NCBI GenBank assembly: GCA_051294905.1
Contig: CM119378.1
Coordinates: forward strand, 9,176,001 to 9,240,000
DNA from: Botryllus schlosseri
Lineage: Eukaryota
Direction of reading: 5' to 3'
Length of the DNA: 64,000 bases
Shown here: piece after piece, positions 50,701 to 61,013 of the stretch
Layout of the letters: the number at the start of each line of letters is the position of its first letter
Numbering within the stretch: the stretch's first letter is position 1
Position numbers and translations under genes: made by a program
The notes under the pieces: model-generated
What the model was told of the DNA's origin: nothing
Seen by the model: only the letters and a program-made list of their open reading frames with translations
Database searches by the model: none

Positions 50701-53700
50701 GGAATAACCCAGTCACATTTTCTCAGATCAGTATCGAACTTTCGGAACAACTCTCGGCATACTACATCGAACCAGCTAACCGCAATAATTCGCCTTTCAT
50801 TTCGCCTTCGAAATAACGTTGCAAGGAAATTAGGAACGGAACATATTAATATTACCTACGCCATTTATCGATAACCAGTGCTCAGATTCCTTGAAGTGAT
50901 TCGGAAAAAGGAAGTAATTATTCGTGTAATAGGGATAGATACTTCGTAGTATATAGGTGGACGCATGCTTTCACGGTTGTTTCTGCGGTTAGCAGTGGAA
51001 GTCTTTAAACTATTTTGGGGCATGGTTTGATACGAAACTAGCTGTATGCGTCTATTATACGTCTGCGATAGCGGTCGCAAAGGTGCATACTGCATACTGC
51101 ATACTGCATAGTTATGCAATTCACCCACTGCGCAAGCAAATATTTCAGAGGCCTGAGTTCATTCCGCGTATTCTTGCATATGATGCATGAAGATTCGATT
51201 TATAGTTCGTGATGCCATGCATCTCTAGTTGTACTGTGGGTAATTGAAGTAATCAGGGTAATGTTACCATGCGGCTAACCGTAATCTTTTCGCAAGACAC
51301 AAAGACATTTACGCTACACCAGCATGTAACTCGAGTCACGGGATATACGAAATATTGGATTATAATCTATCGCCTGAACTGAGGAAGGTATAAGGAGGCC
51401 TAAGATTGGCCGTAATGTAATTACAGGCTAAAGCGTCATGATATGTCATTATATAGTATTTCTTCATAAAAATAATCGCATATCATCTCAAGAAGCATAT
51501 CAATTTACCGTCAGTGTAGGTTTACAGCTCAAAGTAAAATGGTACCATTTTGACATAATTCCATTTGCTGCCGGTATATGATCTGCTTAAGTCGTACATC
51601 AAACGGCTCGTGATATTGGATGCCACTCAAAGATATTCTTTAGCGGATGCATGATTTCAAAACCTCATCTGCATTCACAGATGCATGTAGGAAACACATT
51701 TTAACAACTGCTTGCTGTTTACTCGACTGGCTCCTCAATCTATGCGATCATTGGGTTCAACGGACGGTTGAGATGTCTATCAACAATTAAATTTCGTGAA
51801 GAACCGTATTTATATACTTGCGTTCTATAATATTGTTTAAAACGATGTATTTAAGTCATTTGGTCGGAAAATACAGACTGATAAAACCACAAACCATGTA
51901 TATGTGTTTCACGTAGCTGAGTATGAAAACTAGAATATAACCTAAAAGTGAACATATACCTCCAGCTTTAGTGTGATCCCAGCGAGGACCGGTTTCGGCC
52001 GTCGGCGTTTCTTCGGAGGTTCTGTACCACTCGAATTCCGCGGTCGTGTCATTTCTCCATCCGCAGTAGCCCGATTCAAAGTCGCATCTGTACCAATCCT
52101 TGGAAGACGCGCCGAGATGTGCGTTCGTTTGCTTGCTTATAGTTTTCGAACCTGCGAACAAGGACAACTCTTTGAAGTCTTTCTCGTAACGGGTGAAATG
52201 CAAATGGCAAAACGGTGATTTAGCGGCGATTGGCTGCGGTTCAGAGACGTTTCAGAAATCTTTCTTATACAGACGTCAGACGACGCGAATTGTTGTTGTA
52301 GTTTTGAGACATGCGTCTGCTTATTTGGGTTTATGTACTTCGAAATATATTGAATTTCACAACAGTATATAGTGTGGGTAGAGGCAATAGGTTTATTAGT
52401 GTAAAATGGACTCCTGCGGTACGACAGAACTCAATCTCGTATGTGGTGTGAGATAGAAGTAGAATTTCCGATAATTTATGGGAAACTGTTCAGCAGTCTC
52501 CGCAATGCCACATTCGTTGCTCAACAAAGAGCCAACGCAGCTGATGCCAAGCCTTCCAGCCAATTTAAAATGGCTAATTCGAAGGAGACAGCGAATGTGC
52601 TGAGGACTGCGGATAGTGTTGGTAGTGCCAGTAAGCGAAGAAATGACGAAATAGTTTGTAGTGTCATCCTCTCTCCCTACAGATGACAAAATTCGGTATT
52701 GCAACTTTCCCGAAAAATTGATGACTATATAGTTTGGCTGATTTCGAAAAATTGCGAATTGTATCAGATATGATGTAACTTTATGTCAATGTTTTAGAGG
52801 CGAGCCTGAGACATATAATCTGTATTAAGTGGATACTTAAATCGCTGAAATCCTGTGCAATTACGAAAAAGACAAATTGTGCAATTGAAAATACTTGAAA
52901 AGAATTTGCACTACTTTAACCAACCTAGAATCAGGAAATTACGTCGGATGCTATTTATACTACGTTCGTTACACTACCTACACATCCCACCGCAGCTTTA
53001 GGTTTTTAATTATTGTGAAAGATCATATACATTACCTCCCCCCTTCTCTTCTTTGTCACTCCGTTGCACGGCGTCAGATGTAGAAAATAGATAAATAGCG
53101 TATATTGTGTATACAAAGGGCCTGATTGAACGTCCCACCATGATTTGTCTGTAATGGGATATAACTGAAATGATTTGCGAGTCTTCGTGGCGTACATTAT
53201 GGATAAAAAAAAGTCTGCACACCGGTACTCACGTCGTGATGTATTTGCGTGATATTTACTGAATAATATTCACATTCCTCAAGGGTAGTCGAGAGCGTTT
53301 TTATTTTAAGACGTGATGCGCGCCATGTTTAGGATGTAGGGAAGGTGATGTCTTTATCACTCTCGCGCCAGAGTTAAAGAAATATTTCAAGCATTCTTAT
53401 GTGTTCAATGTGCTAATCATCCGGTCTCTAGTAAAAGTAGATTTGTGATTCTTCCTTCTAGTACTTCATTTGTCCTCTTCATTATTCCCCTTCTACGAAT
53501 GCACTTTAACCTTTTTATTGATGAAATTCTGATTCTGTTGCGCCCAGTCCCTGGTATAATTGTGGTATGTTCTCACTAGATGCAAGCTCATATAATTCGT
53601 CATATTTTCCATAACAAACAATAAGTTATGTAACTCGACTTCCCGGCTAGCTCAATTATCCGATGTGCGGATATTTGCGGGACACAAATCGTACATAAAT

Positions 53701-54379
53701 GGCATTTTGATTGTTCCAAACTAGTCTCTACATAACAGTTGGACGAATTCCTACATGACAGCCAGGCATGTACCACTGAAGGAATTTTCTCGTGATTTGA
53801 AAATTGAATGGACGTATACGAACACATTTTCCAATTAGAACAGGATTAGTGTGAACCAAGCCCACATATCCAAATTACAAAGTAAAATAATTATCTGGAA
53901 ATAGATAGAATCTTTGGACAACTACGTACATACATACTGAATATCCTATGTTTATTTTAATAATTTATTCCAAATTGTCTGGTGTGTGTGGTGCGGGAAT
54001 GATCATCCAGTAGTGGAATTGATATCAGTTCAGTTCAGTTTAGTATTAATAGATAAACCTTCGCATGTTGCAATTTGAACTCAGAATTCAACTATATGGA
54101 ATCATAATATATCAAGCAGTAGCTGAAGTCACATGGTACTGCTACCAATGAATTTGCGACTGTAATAAGACACTTCAACAATACTGGTATGGTCCAAATA
54201 ACCGAAGCTGCTCTCTACATAGCAAATCACAAATTCATTCTACTCAATGCTTCGAATATACACATTTGAAATCGAGATGCTGCCTGGTCTGAGACAATCT
54301 CACCGATATGCCTGGCAATACCAAGACATTTCACATGAATTAGGATAAATCGGCAGAAAATGATTTCGCTGCATCGCAT
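14557..54379 (-). CDS. Whole gene: putative secreted mosaic serine protease, signal peptide?-MAM x5-LDLa-long propeptide linker-trypsin-like S1 domain, ~1,480 aa in 27 exons
   Basis: Manual splicing of minus-strand exons, all GT-AG and phase-consistent (summed CDS 4,443 nt). MAM motifs ([28 protein letters not shown]) recur five times; one LDLa ([16 protein letters not shown]); IIGG, TAAHC, NDIAL and GDSGGP are all present. First exon and exon 9 donor are tentative. Confidence 0.85.
15140..15707. mobile_element. Decayed TAGGG-terminated DNA element
   Basis: tagggttgcgtttaaaacaaa / ttgttttgaatgcaacccta; TSD not clean. Confidence 0.55.
15855..15994 (-). CDS. Exon 26: protease
   Basis: [15 protein letters not shown]...[13 protein letters not shown]; AAG|GTATAT donor. 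Confidence 0.93.
16059..16177 (-). CDS. Exon 25: protease
   Basis: [14 protein letters not shown]...HPCVTTGWG; A|GTAAGT donor. Confidence 0.93.
16350..18175 (+). mobile_element. hAT family B, second copy (1,826 bp)
   Basis: Same TIRs and internal sequence as 7080-9248; TSD cactaggc. Confidence 0.93.
18462..18611 (-). CDS. Exon 24: protease, catalytic Asp
   Basis: VVLGDYDL...[10 protein letters not shown]; AG|GTAGGC donor. Confidence 0.95.
19790..19821. repeat. (TA)n microsatellite
   Basis: Direct observation; also the target site of the element at 19822. Confidence 0.9.
19822..21681 (+). mobile_element. Non-autonomous hAT (family C, 1,860 bp)
   Basis: TIR cagtggtcgggaacc / ggttcccgaccactg; TSD atatatat; inverted shorter copy at 29425-30349. 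Confidence 0.9.
20169..20820. mobile_element. Nested TIR element inside family C
   Basis: TIR gggcggagataataaag / ctttattatctccgccc; absent from the 29425 copy. Confidence 0.75.
21714..22247. mobile_element. Fold-back TAGGG MITE (534 bp)
   Basis: taggggtcttcaaaaatgac / tcatttttgaagacccta; TSD ctcagcat; largely palindromic. Confidence 0.92.
22465..22574 (-). CDS. Exon 23: protease, catalytic His
   Basis: [20 protein letters not shown]; CT|GTAAGT donor. Confidence 0.95.
23660..23741 (-). CDS. Exon 22: activation site [13 protein letters not shown]...YPWQ
   Basis: ttttag| acceptor; canonical S1 N-terminus IIGG and PWQ; CAG|GTACAC donor. Confidence 0.93.
24253..24677 (-). CDS. Exon 21: propeptide linker with SARKRR site and acidic tract
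   Basis: atgcag| acceptor; 141 open codons; CG|GTAAGG donor in phase with exon 22. Confidence 0.85.
24741..24856 (-). CDS. Exon 20: start of linker, carrying the inter-chain Cys (VCGMP)
   Basis: ctacag| acceptor, [10 protein letters not shown]..., GTG|GTCAGT donor. Confidence 0.85.
25172..25565 (+). mobile_element. hAT MITE family D (tagggttaccata)
   Basis: TIRs; TSD ctataatg; copies at 31038-31382 and 57405-57754. Confidence 0.9.
25701..25870 (+). mobile_element. tRNA-derived SINE (family 2)
   Basis: A-box-like ggtgagatagcatcgtgg and B-box-like agtttgagtcc; aligns to the reverse complement of 28305-28492. Confidence 0.6.
26228..26438 (-). CDS. Exon 19: MAM5 C-part plus LDL-receptor class A domain
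   Basis: [15 protein letters not shown], then [35 protein letters not shown]; G|GTCAGT donor. Confidence 0.93.
27040..27880 (+). repeat. Dispersed repeat family (copy 1; copy 2 at ~47150-47745)
   Basis: Shared blocks (gcactgtcggtgaactcatcatttga, tagcctacttta.aggccta, aggtcaaaat); both end in ...cgccctac; boundaries approximate. Confidence 0.6.
28195..28240 (-). ncRNA. Minimal type I hammerhead ribozyme motif (PLE-type)
   Basis: Minus strand gctgacggtt-accc-CUGACGA-g-ugucagc-c-GAAA-auau-UC-ggguuu: intact core, stem I accc/gggu, one-bp stem II, palindromic stem III aauauu. Confidence 0.75.
28305..28492 (-). mobile_element. tRNA-derived SINE (family 2), running directly into a PLE-like 3' end
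   Basis: Minus strand ggcgagaTAGTGTAGTGG (A box)...GGTTCGAGTCC (B box). Confidence 0.7.
29041..29222 (-). CDS. Exon 18: MAM5
   Basis: [19 protein letters not shown]...NQGNQW; AAG|GTATAT donor. Confidence 0.92.
29425..30349 (-). mobile_element. hAT family C, shorter inverted copy (925 bp)
   Basis: TIRs cggtggtcgggaacc / gttcccgaccactg; TSD gtctagat. Confidence 0.9.
30427..30525 (-). CDS. Exon 17: MAM5
   Basis: [24 protein letters not shown]; C|GTAAGT donor; follows a 55-nt intron. Confidence 0.92.
30581..30718 (-). CDS. Exon 16: MAM5 N-part
   Basis: [13 protein letters not shown]...[10 protein letters not shown]; A|GTATAT donor. Confidence 0.92.
31038..31382 (+). mobile_element. hAT MITE family D
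   Basis: TSD cagttttc on both sides. Confidence 0.88.
32256..32465 (-). CDS. Exon 15: MAM4 C-part
   Basis: IGDLTIF...GEKGNQW...[17 protein letters not shown]; C|GTTAGT donor. Confidence 0.92.
32980..33105 (-). CDS. Exon 14: MAM4
   Basis: [21 protein letters not shown]...[11 protein letters not shown]; G|GTAAGT donor. Confidence 0.92.
33318..33482 (-). CDS. Exon 13: MAM4 N-part
   Basis: [14 protein letters not shown]...[11 protein letters not shown]; A|GTAGGT donor. Confidence 0.92.
33744..33779. mobile_element. 36-bp TIR-only remnant of the fold-back TAGGG family
   Basis: tagggttgttcaaaaaattatttttgaacaacccta; tgtacat on both flanks. Confidence 0.7.
35694..35872 (-). CDS. Exon 12: MAM3 C-part
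   Basis: WRFAQVTI...[21 protein letters not shown]; G|GTGAGT donor. Confidence 0.92.
36404..37309. mobile_element. hAT element with subterminal (GAGTCAAGTC)n arrays (906 bp)
   Basis: TIR cagtgttgggat / atcccaacactg; TSD gtatatag. Confidence 0.92.
37495..37666 (-). CDS. Exon 11: MAM3
   Basis: [10 protein letters not shown]...ILSP...[18 protein letters not shown]; AA|GTGAGT donor. Confidence 0.9.
37732..37869 (-). CDS. Exon 10: MAM3 N-part
   Basis: [16 protein letters not shown]...[10 protein letters not shown]; C|GTACGT donor. Confidence 0.92.
38471..38873 (-). CDS. Exon 9: MAM2 C-part, Thr-rich linker and unassigned 4-Cys segment (donor uncertain)
   Basis: [35 protein letters not shown], then open frame to a phase-1 A|GTTTGT donor that joins exon 10 in frame. 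Confidence 0.65.
38934..39099 (-). CDS. Exon 8: MAM2
   Basis: [15 protein letters not shown]...[11 protein letters not shown]; CAC|GTAAAG donor. Confidence 0.92.
39245..39359 (-). CDS. Exon 7: MAM2
   Basis: [23 protein letters not shown]...; TG|GTTAGT donor. Confidence 0.92.
40845..42427 (-). mobile_element. Buster/Charlie-type hAT with transposase remnants, inserted in the GIY-YIG motif
   Basis: TIR caggggtcggcaacc / ggttgccgacccttg; TSD gtctatga; minus-strand QKALCAK...VKTVN and IF*STYACEQ...KSKLRSR; removal restores NIVYDF. Confidence 0.9.
42901..42948 (+). ncRNA. Hammerhead motif in the PLE 3' end (core C-to-U variant); a more degenerate copy at 39824-39870 (-)
   Basis: gctgacgattgccc-uUGAAGA-g-ugucagau-c-GAAA-agcu-UC-ggguuu; palindromic stem III aagcuu. 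Confidence 0.6.
43617..43757 (-). CDS. Exon 6: MAM2 N-part
   Basis: [15 protein letters not shown]...[12 protein letters not shown]; C|GTATGT donor. Confidence 0.92.
44054..44141 (-). CDS. Exon 5: MAM1 C-part
   Basis: [29 protein letters not shown]; C|GTAAGT donor. Confidence 0.92.
44530..44728 (-). CDS. Exon 4: MAM1
   Basis: [17 protein letters not shown]...[11 protein letters not shown]; phase 2 to phase 0. Confidence 0.9.
44782..45471. mobile_element. Decayed hAT MITE
   Basis: caggggtcgccacc / ttggtgaccgccg; flanks gtgtatcc vs gtgtagac (6/8). Confidence 0.5.
45647..45758 (-). CDS. Exon 3: MAM1
   Basis: [26 protein letters not shown]...CF; AG|GTACGA donor. Confidence 0.9.
48290..49209 (-). 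mobile_element. hAT family A, inverted, truncated copy
   Basis: Reverse complement matches the left TIR and internal blocks of 6215-9527 and 62735-63843; left boundary approximate. Confidence 0.75.
49315..49460. mobile_element. Short deletion derivative of the fold-back TAGGG family
   Basis: agggttgttcaaa...cttctactggttggaattgagccaaatttg...tttgaacaaccc. Confidence 0.6.
51960..52151 (-). CDS. Exon 2: MAM1 N-part
   Basis: cag| acceptor; [13 protein letters not shown]...[11 protein letters not shown]; G|GTATAT donor. Confidence 0.9.
54304..54379 (-). CDS. Candidate exon 1: signal-peptide-like [25 protein letters not shown]
   Basis: ATG at 54379-54377, hydrophobic core, G|GTGAGA donor in phase 1 matching the next exon. 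No homology support. Confidence 0.4.
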
Positions 54380-57300
54380 CGTGTAAAACCTGATCCAGCC
54401 TGCAAAAATATATTAATTTATGCGTATGCGCCGATGAATTTTGTATCAACAACACATTCATCGACGTCATTTTCTGGCAGTTGACGCGACATGCGTTGAT
54501 ACAAATTGCATTATTGCTCAGCGACCCTTGCTTGCCACTCGGATGCGTAAGGTTTGGCGTCGCGTCAACAGTCAAATTTTCGACAGATGTCTGCAGAAGG
54601 TTCTACAGTCACAACTTAGTAAATTTAGGCATATGACGACAATTGCCCGAGGAGAGAACTCATCCTGTCGTCACTGCCGGTTGCTTACATTTTAGTTCCA
54701 CATCCAACATGTATCTTCCAATATAAGTACTCCGGAAGAGGATATAGGAAAATATGACAAACGCCTCTGTTAGCCCTGTCCTTCGCTATCGGATTATATG
54801 CTTTCCTTATTTGCTCGTATTTCCCGATTATACACAACACCAGAGTATTCTTGTACTAAATTGCCGATTCCCAGGTGTAATATCGTGTGCACTAGCAGCG
54901 CCATGATCCGAACCTCGTCTAATCGATTACTGACATCGGATCCCCGCATTTTATTCTTTCTGTCGTGTTTTGTACAGAAAAAATCACTCCTGCTATTCAG
55001 ATACGTTTAACCTATTCACCGAGAAAACGCAAGGTGATTTTCGTCAAGGCTAAACAGCCGAGAGGCCTCAGGCTATGAATATATGGCATGTTTTTGTGAA
55101 TAATGGTTCAATACGGCTGTCCTTAAAGACGTAATAAACTGTCATTAGGGTGTTTGAAATTAACGACACTATCAGCTTGTAAACAAATATGCCAAATAAT
55201 TGCAGAGTGGTGTATCACCCAATGATTCATGAAGCGTGGATTTTGTTTCATAGCCACAAAGTCGAGTTTGAATTCCCAATGAAATTGCCGTTATGCCGCC
55301 ATACACCAACTGTCGGTGTTATCCTACAATAACGTAACCGATAATGTAGTCATACTGATCCTACGACTTTGCACACGTAAGCTATACCATATTCTGTAAC
55401 TATATGGTCGATCTGCATTACGGAATTCTCAGAGTAACTTATGTGAATTGCCTGACAAGGAACTTCACAACAAAAGGCCTGTTTGATGGAATTTGCGATT
55501 GTTATGATGCCATCTCACTTCGCGTTTGGCAGAAATAAAACGACGAGTAATGTTGATATAGATCTGATGACATCACCGTGAAATAGGTATCACGAATCAT
55601 ATCGTATTTATATTGAAATCTCAAAAGCCAATCCAATTAGATTAGCGACTGGAACTCGTCCAATATTTTCCTTATCGAAACTCCTTAGATATTGTCTGAA
55701 GTGCCTTGCGTGAGAGGCAGTGGATCTATGACCGAGTCCCGCCGCGTATGGACCACTTGATGAACTTGACAACCTCTAACGCTATGTTAATCCGTTCTTA
55801 TATTGTTATCACGATGCGTGGTTGAAGGTATGGTCATTACCGTTTCCAAACGAAATTTATGCATTCGCTGAATGTTATTGTACCTTGTAATTATGCATGA
55901 GAATAACGCAGCCGACTTCGAGAATAGTTTGACGTTCCAATTTGCATGGCACGTACAATCAGGAAGATCCGCAACCGCAAGTCTTTAGGCAACTTTTCAA
56001 AAAGTCATTCCGTGACTTTGAGTGTCTGTATAGGGGCTTCCAAGTTCACCCAAGGAAACACTAGGACGCAGCGATTACTGTATCAAAGTGGGTTGAGAAT
56101 ATCTAAATAACGTTGTCAAAATTATGTAATTAGATGTGGAATGACGTCAATGAAATCGTGTCTGCATCATTTTTTCACAATCTTGCTTGCGTTGACAACC
56201 GAGCGTAGTTAATTGCGCAAGAGGCTTGTTTGTTCATTGTGAAATGCAGTATAGAATGCACGTCAAGTACAAATATCAAGTATCTGTCAACCACGCCGCA
56301 CGTAGTTATAACTCCAGATACTTAACCCATATTAGTTTACACAGTGCGAAGAACTACTTGAAAAAATCAACCAAAATGATATCGATGTCTACTACTTTAA
56401 AGCAGGGATTCTCAAACTTTTCAGCGTGGACCCATAAATATTTTCAGTGATTGCGGGGAAGATCTTCTAAGCTGCATTATCAGGGTTGCCGTGAACGTAA
56501 GTCAAAAATCAAGGTCGGCCAAAAATTCCTGACGGCAACGTTTGGGAAGGCGATGACCAAATAAAGCTCAATACTTTAACCCACCCACAGCCTCATTATT
56601 AGAGCTCACGTCGTAGCTCTTGTGACATTTGGCGAGCACCGATAATAAGAACGGACATTAGTCAAAATCAAGGACATATCCTATAAGCACAATCTGATTG
56701 ATAGTTTATAGTTGTAGTTTCATAATTCTCTTTTAACGCACACCTTAAAACTATTTCGTGGAACCATGCCTTAAAGTGAACAACTTATTGATGTGATTGT
56801 TTGATTCGGATATTAATGGATCCCGTTCTAGACGTATTTATCCAACGGGTAAACGATACTAAACGAAAACAGGACAGTCCATGAAGCCCACAATTTATGT
56901 TGGCTACCATATCTTTTGCGATCAGTGTGCGAGAGAACGCCCAATAGGGTAACCTACCGGACGATATATATTGGTAACTGGTGTAGACGCTGTAGATATC
57001 AGATAATGTTTCATAGGTGTGTATTTTTAGGTGTGGTAATTCCCAAAAAAGGATTCACAACCGGCATATTATTCGTCAGATATTATCCTGTGAAGTGGAT
57101 TATAATTATGTCGTATATAGCGTTTTGTTGTGCGGGACCAGGAAGCTCCTGCGTCTGTAACTCAGTCGTATTATGTGACGTTCAGAACCAATGCATTTTA
57201 GAGCCTTTGGCTATAGGAATGTTCGTTTTATAATATTCTTACGTTTCACGCAAATTGTTATTCACTATATTCAATTCGTTAACATCGTTGTCTATTAAAA

Positions 57301-57404
57301 AACTTTGGCTCCCTTCATAGTTTCGGTCCCTTTAATATTTTATGTCTTATTCTTGGTACTCCAAGAAGAGGAGCCCTAAATAGTTAGGTAGTCCAGCTGT
57401 TCCG

Positions 57405-57754
57405 TAGGGTTACCATACGTCCTCTTTTAGGAGGATTTGTCCTCTTTTTTGACTTTTTTAAAAGTGTCCTCGAAGGACGCCTAAATGTCCTCTTTTTTGA
57501 AAATTTCTCCTCTTTTTTGCAGAATTTTGGTTAAATGTACGTGGAAATTGGACTGAGATATAAGAAATCAGCGGCCAAGTAATGGCCCGGCGGGTTTTTC
57601 GGGACTTCAGCCAAAAAATTGACCTTTTTTTTAGTCAACCGATCACACAGTCGGGAATAATTTGCCAATTTTTCAGGATTTTACTCCAGTATTGTATGTC
57701 TGAAAATTTCAAAAAAGTGTCCTCTTTTCAGATTTCCAAAATATGGTAACCCTA
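57405..57754 (+). mobile_element. hAT MITE family D
   Basis: TIRs intact; flanks ctgttccg vs ctgtttgg (6/8). Confidence 0.85.
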
Positions 57755-60700
57755 CTGTTTGGGAATCACACGTAATTTCAAAATATTCGCAATAATCTTC
57801 AAGCCGTCGATCGGCGCTGCAGAGGTTATAGGTAGAGGTTATAACATTTAACCTGTCCACACGTGTACAATGTATTGTACATGCGTGCAGTGCACGTGCT
57901 TGTATTGCTCGAAAACGTTCCAAATATAAACGGCAATATACATTTATATCTCGAGATCATCAGCAAGATAAAATGACTACTTTATATTATGTGATTAATC
58001 TGTATAATGTACAATTGTACGTACAATATCCGGTGATATACCCGGGAAGCGAAACGACTTTGAATTCTTGTGCATAGATATAATGAGCTCATTTTGCGGA
58101 CCACCGCATACATAAAAGGCAGTTCTAATGCTGTGAGTGTACCATTCTCTTCACCTAAAGGGCGAAACTTGTAAATATGTGGGCTTTAAACGAAAACGTC
58201 TCACACTGTCTTCGTGCGAGTGGGCCGTTTTTGCGTTTTATCCGGAGACTATCGCAAGATAGCACGGTCATCGCCGTGAGTCACATGTATAGTTTACATG
58301 TTGTCGCGAAATCTTCTATCTATATACATTGATGATTTGGCGATAATTGTAAACAAACACTCGCATATTTTACTATTTTTTGTGACCACACCTCTATAAA
58401 AACCATTGTAGATGCATGTTGCGTAAACCAATTTAGAAGTTGCATGTTTGCATATGTATATCTCTTTCTTTCATTTTGCAGTTCGTTGTAGCTGCAATTA
58501 ACAACGAAACGATAATTTTCGGTCACGACGACAGTTGCAACATTAATTATGATCATCAAATATAATGTAGACATATTCAAATTGACTCAAAACAAAATTT
58601 GACCTTCCGTCCGTTACCGTCGGACCGTGCCGATGACGTGACGCTTGTTTTTGTCTCACCCCTCGTCGATTGATTTGACTTCCGTCCGCCTTGGTGGTAA
58701 ATTTCATCTAAGTGCGCGTAACGCGATATGATCATGTGATGGTATCCAACATTCTTCACACGAATCGCATACGTACCAGTGTGTTCCATCGTTCATTCTC
58801 GGTAACGCACCAGCAGATTATGACTTTGTGTCTCCTTATCGTAAATACTGGAAATGTCCCAGAAGTCTGATTTATTATTATCTACGTGATTCTTGTCAAA
58901 TCTATGCGAAAATGTGGATAAAGACTGGGGCCGGGTACCTCAACACTGTGGTATACACTAATCTCTTAGGCCTGCGATTATTGTTTGATTCGATGTAGGC
59001 TATCTATAGTACGACACTAACAAGCCGTAAAACATTTGACGAAATATATGGGTATCACTGATGTGATACAATTCAACGAATTTGTATTACTCACTTAGGC
59101 TATACTTGGTTAGGCATTTTAGTACACTTTATAAAGTTGTTCATTGTATTTGATTGAGTCCCCAATCTTGCATACCGACCACGAATGCAGTGTACTATTT
59201 TCGTGACTGACTGAACATCAGCACATGTACCGCGGGTGTATTTATTGAACCATGATACTGTCACAGCGTTGTAACTATATATTACTCATTATTGCAAAAT
59301 CCACAGTAGACATTGTGACAATGAATTAGTTACGCTTTATCCCTTTTTTAGGTTATAGCGCCACATACTAGGATACATTGCGGTGCTCTTTGATTTTTAG
59401 CGCTGTTGGTAGCGTAAGATTGGTTTTCGTAAGACCAAGAAACACACTTTAGTTAATGTCTGTCCATCATTTTATAGACTTGATCAGGCACGAAAAGATC
59501 TTTTCAAACAAAACAAATTATCATTGAGTCCGGAAATTCGTTATCTGACGAACTCTATTTTGGTGTTGATAACAATGAATCTAGTAAACATGGAAGACAC
59601 GTGAATTCGAAATATTTTGCCAGGGATTATCGCAATTTGCATTTTTGAATTTGTGTGAGCAGCCTATAGGCTATGTAGCAATATTTGCGAACTGTTAGTG
59701 ATACCTATACAAATGCTAGGTTCACATGCGAATCCGAACGCGAATCTCAGTTCTCACATTTCGTAATAACAATCATTATGCATGATCAATCCACCACTGC
59801 TATCACGACGTGATGACTTACAGTCGCGATATATGACTCTGGCTGCCTATATAGTATTGGTATTCTCTGCGGTATTGGAAACTAGCGCCGTCGCGACATC
59901 GTACGGCCTCCTTTTTCGATTTGACGTTGACTAAATTAAATATATAGCGTGCATTGCCTGCGTACAGTATCAAAGAGGTGCACGCAGCTGATACAACTCA
60001 AATTATTAAATTTCACTATCTTCTCAGCAGAGAAAATCGATTTCCCTGCACCACGATTTTCCATATGTAAAACGAAGACATGTTTGCGCTTGTTAGGCCC
60101 GCAACTTTGATGTAAGTATAACCAAATACCGAAACCGTTTCTCACTGAATTCACTTTTGAGATATCGAAGACTTGCAGAGGTGGTCAGTAACAGACTAAA
60201 TATAACAGACTAAAGTAAATACCATTTTACGCTACTTCTACTTCGTCACTTTGTGCGTAATTTCAGTCTGCATAGTCGCCCATGAGACAGTTTCATCACC
60301 GAAAATAGAACTCAGCAATACGGGTGGAATTATTCGATCTACCATATTGCCAGTCCCCTTTCTATCCGTGCAAAGCGCAGATGTAGTATATGATGCAACT
60401 TATCCATATCGCTCATCGTCTTATTAATTACGGACTTTGTAAGAAGAGGATAGGCGCCATACTGTCACATTTTCTCTAAGGTGGCACTGGGATAAAAAGA
60501 AGGGTATGACAATGGTTGCCAATCTTTTTCGGCTGTTGGTACACTAGAAAAATTATAAAACACCCGCGGCACACTTCCAAAAAAGTTGCATTTTGAAAAA
60601 AATATTCGTTGTGAGTAATGCTATTCTTCTGTATAGGTTACGACAGAAACAGCTTGCATTTCTGACAAACACATCGTCCTCAATTCCAAGCAGTCTTTCT

Positions 60701-61013
60701 CGTGCAAATTTGTTTTAAATTTTAGTCAAAACAATAAACCATTGTTCTCATAATGTCATGAAGATCAAATGGCAATGAATTTCAGATTGCTGTTGTACCT
60801 ATCACGGTACCGGTACAGGATTTGGAAGGAGACACCCAAAACTCATCGAAACAGTGTTTAAAAAAACGGCGGGTTTCGAAATCAATCAGCTGTTCTTCTG
60901 CAAAAAAAGGTTGCTGGATGGACAATCTGCCCACGTAAAGTGAACAACAAATCGTGAGAAGTAATATTGCAGTGCACGGTGATTTTTTTGTTTGTGAGTT
61001 GATTCATTAGGAG

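Noticed and set aside
54440-54480. DVDEC calcium-binding EGF-like word on the minus strand
   Set aside because: The frame closes within about 12 codons and lacks the other EGF cysteines.
59936-60154. ORF with GAGKS, Walker-A-like
   Set aside because: No preceding hydrophobic strand or Walker B; short and isolated.
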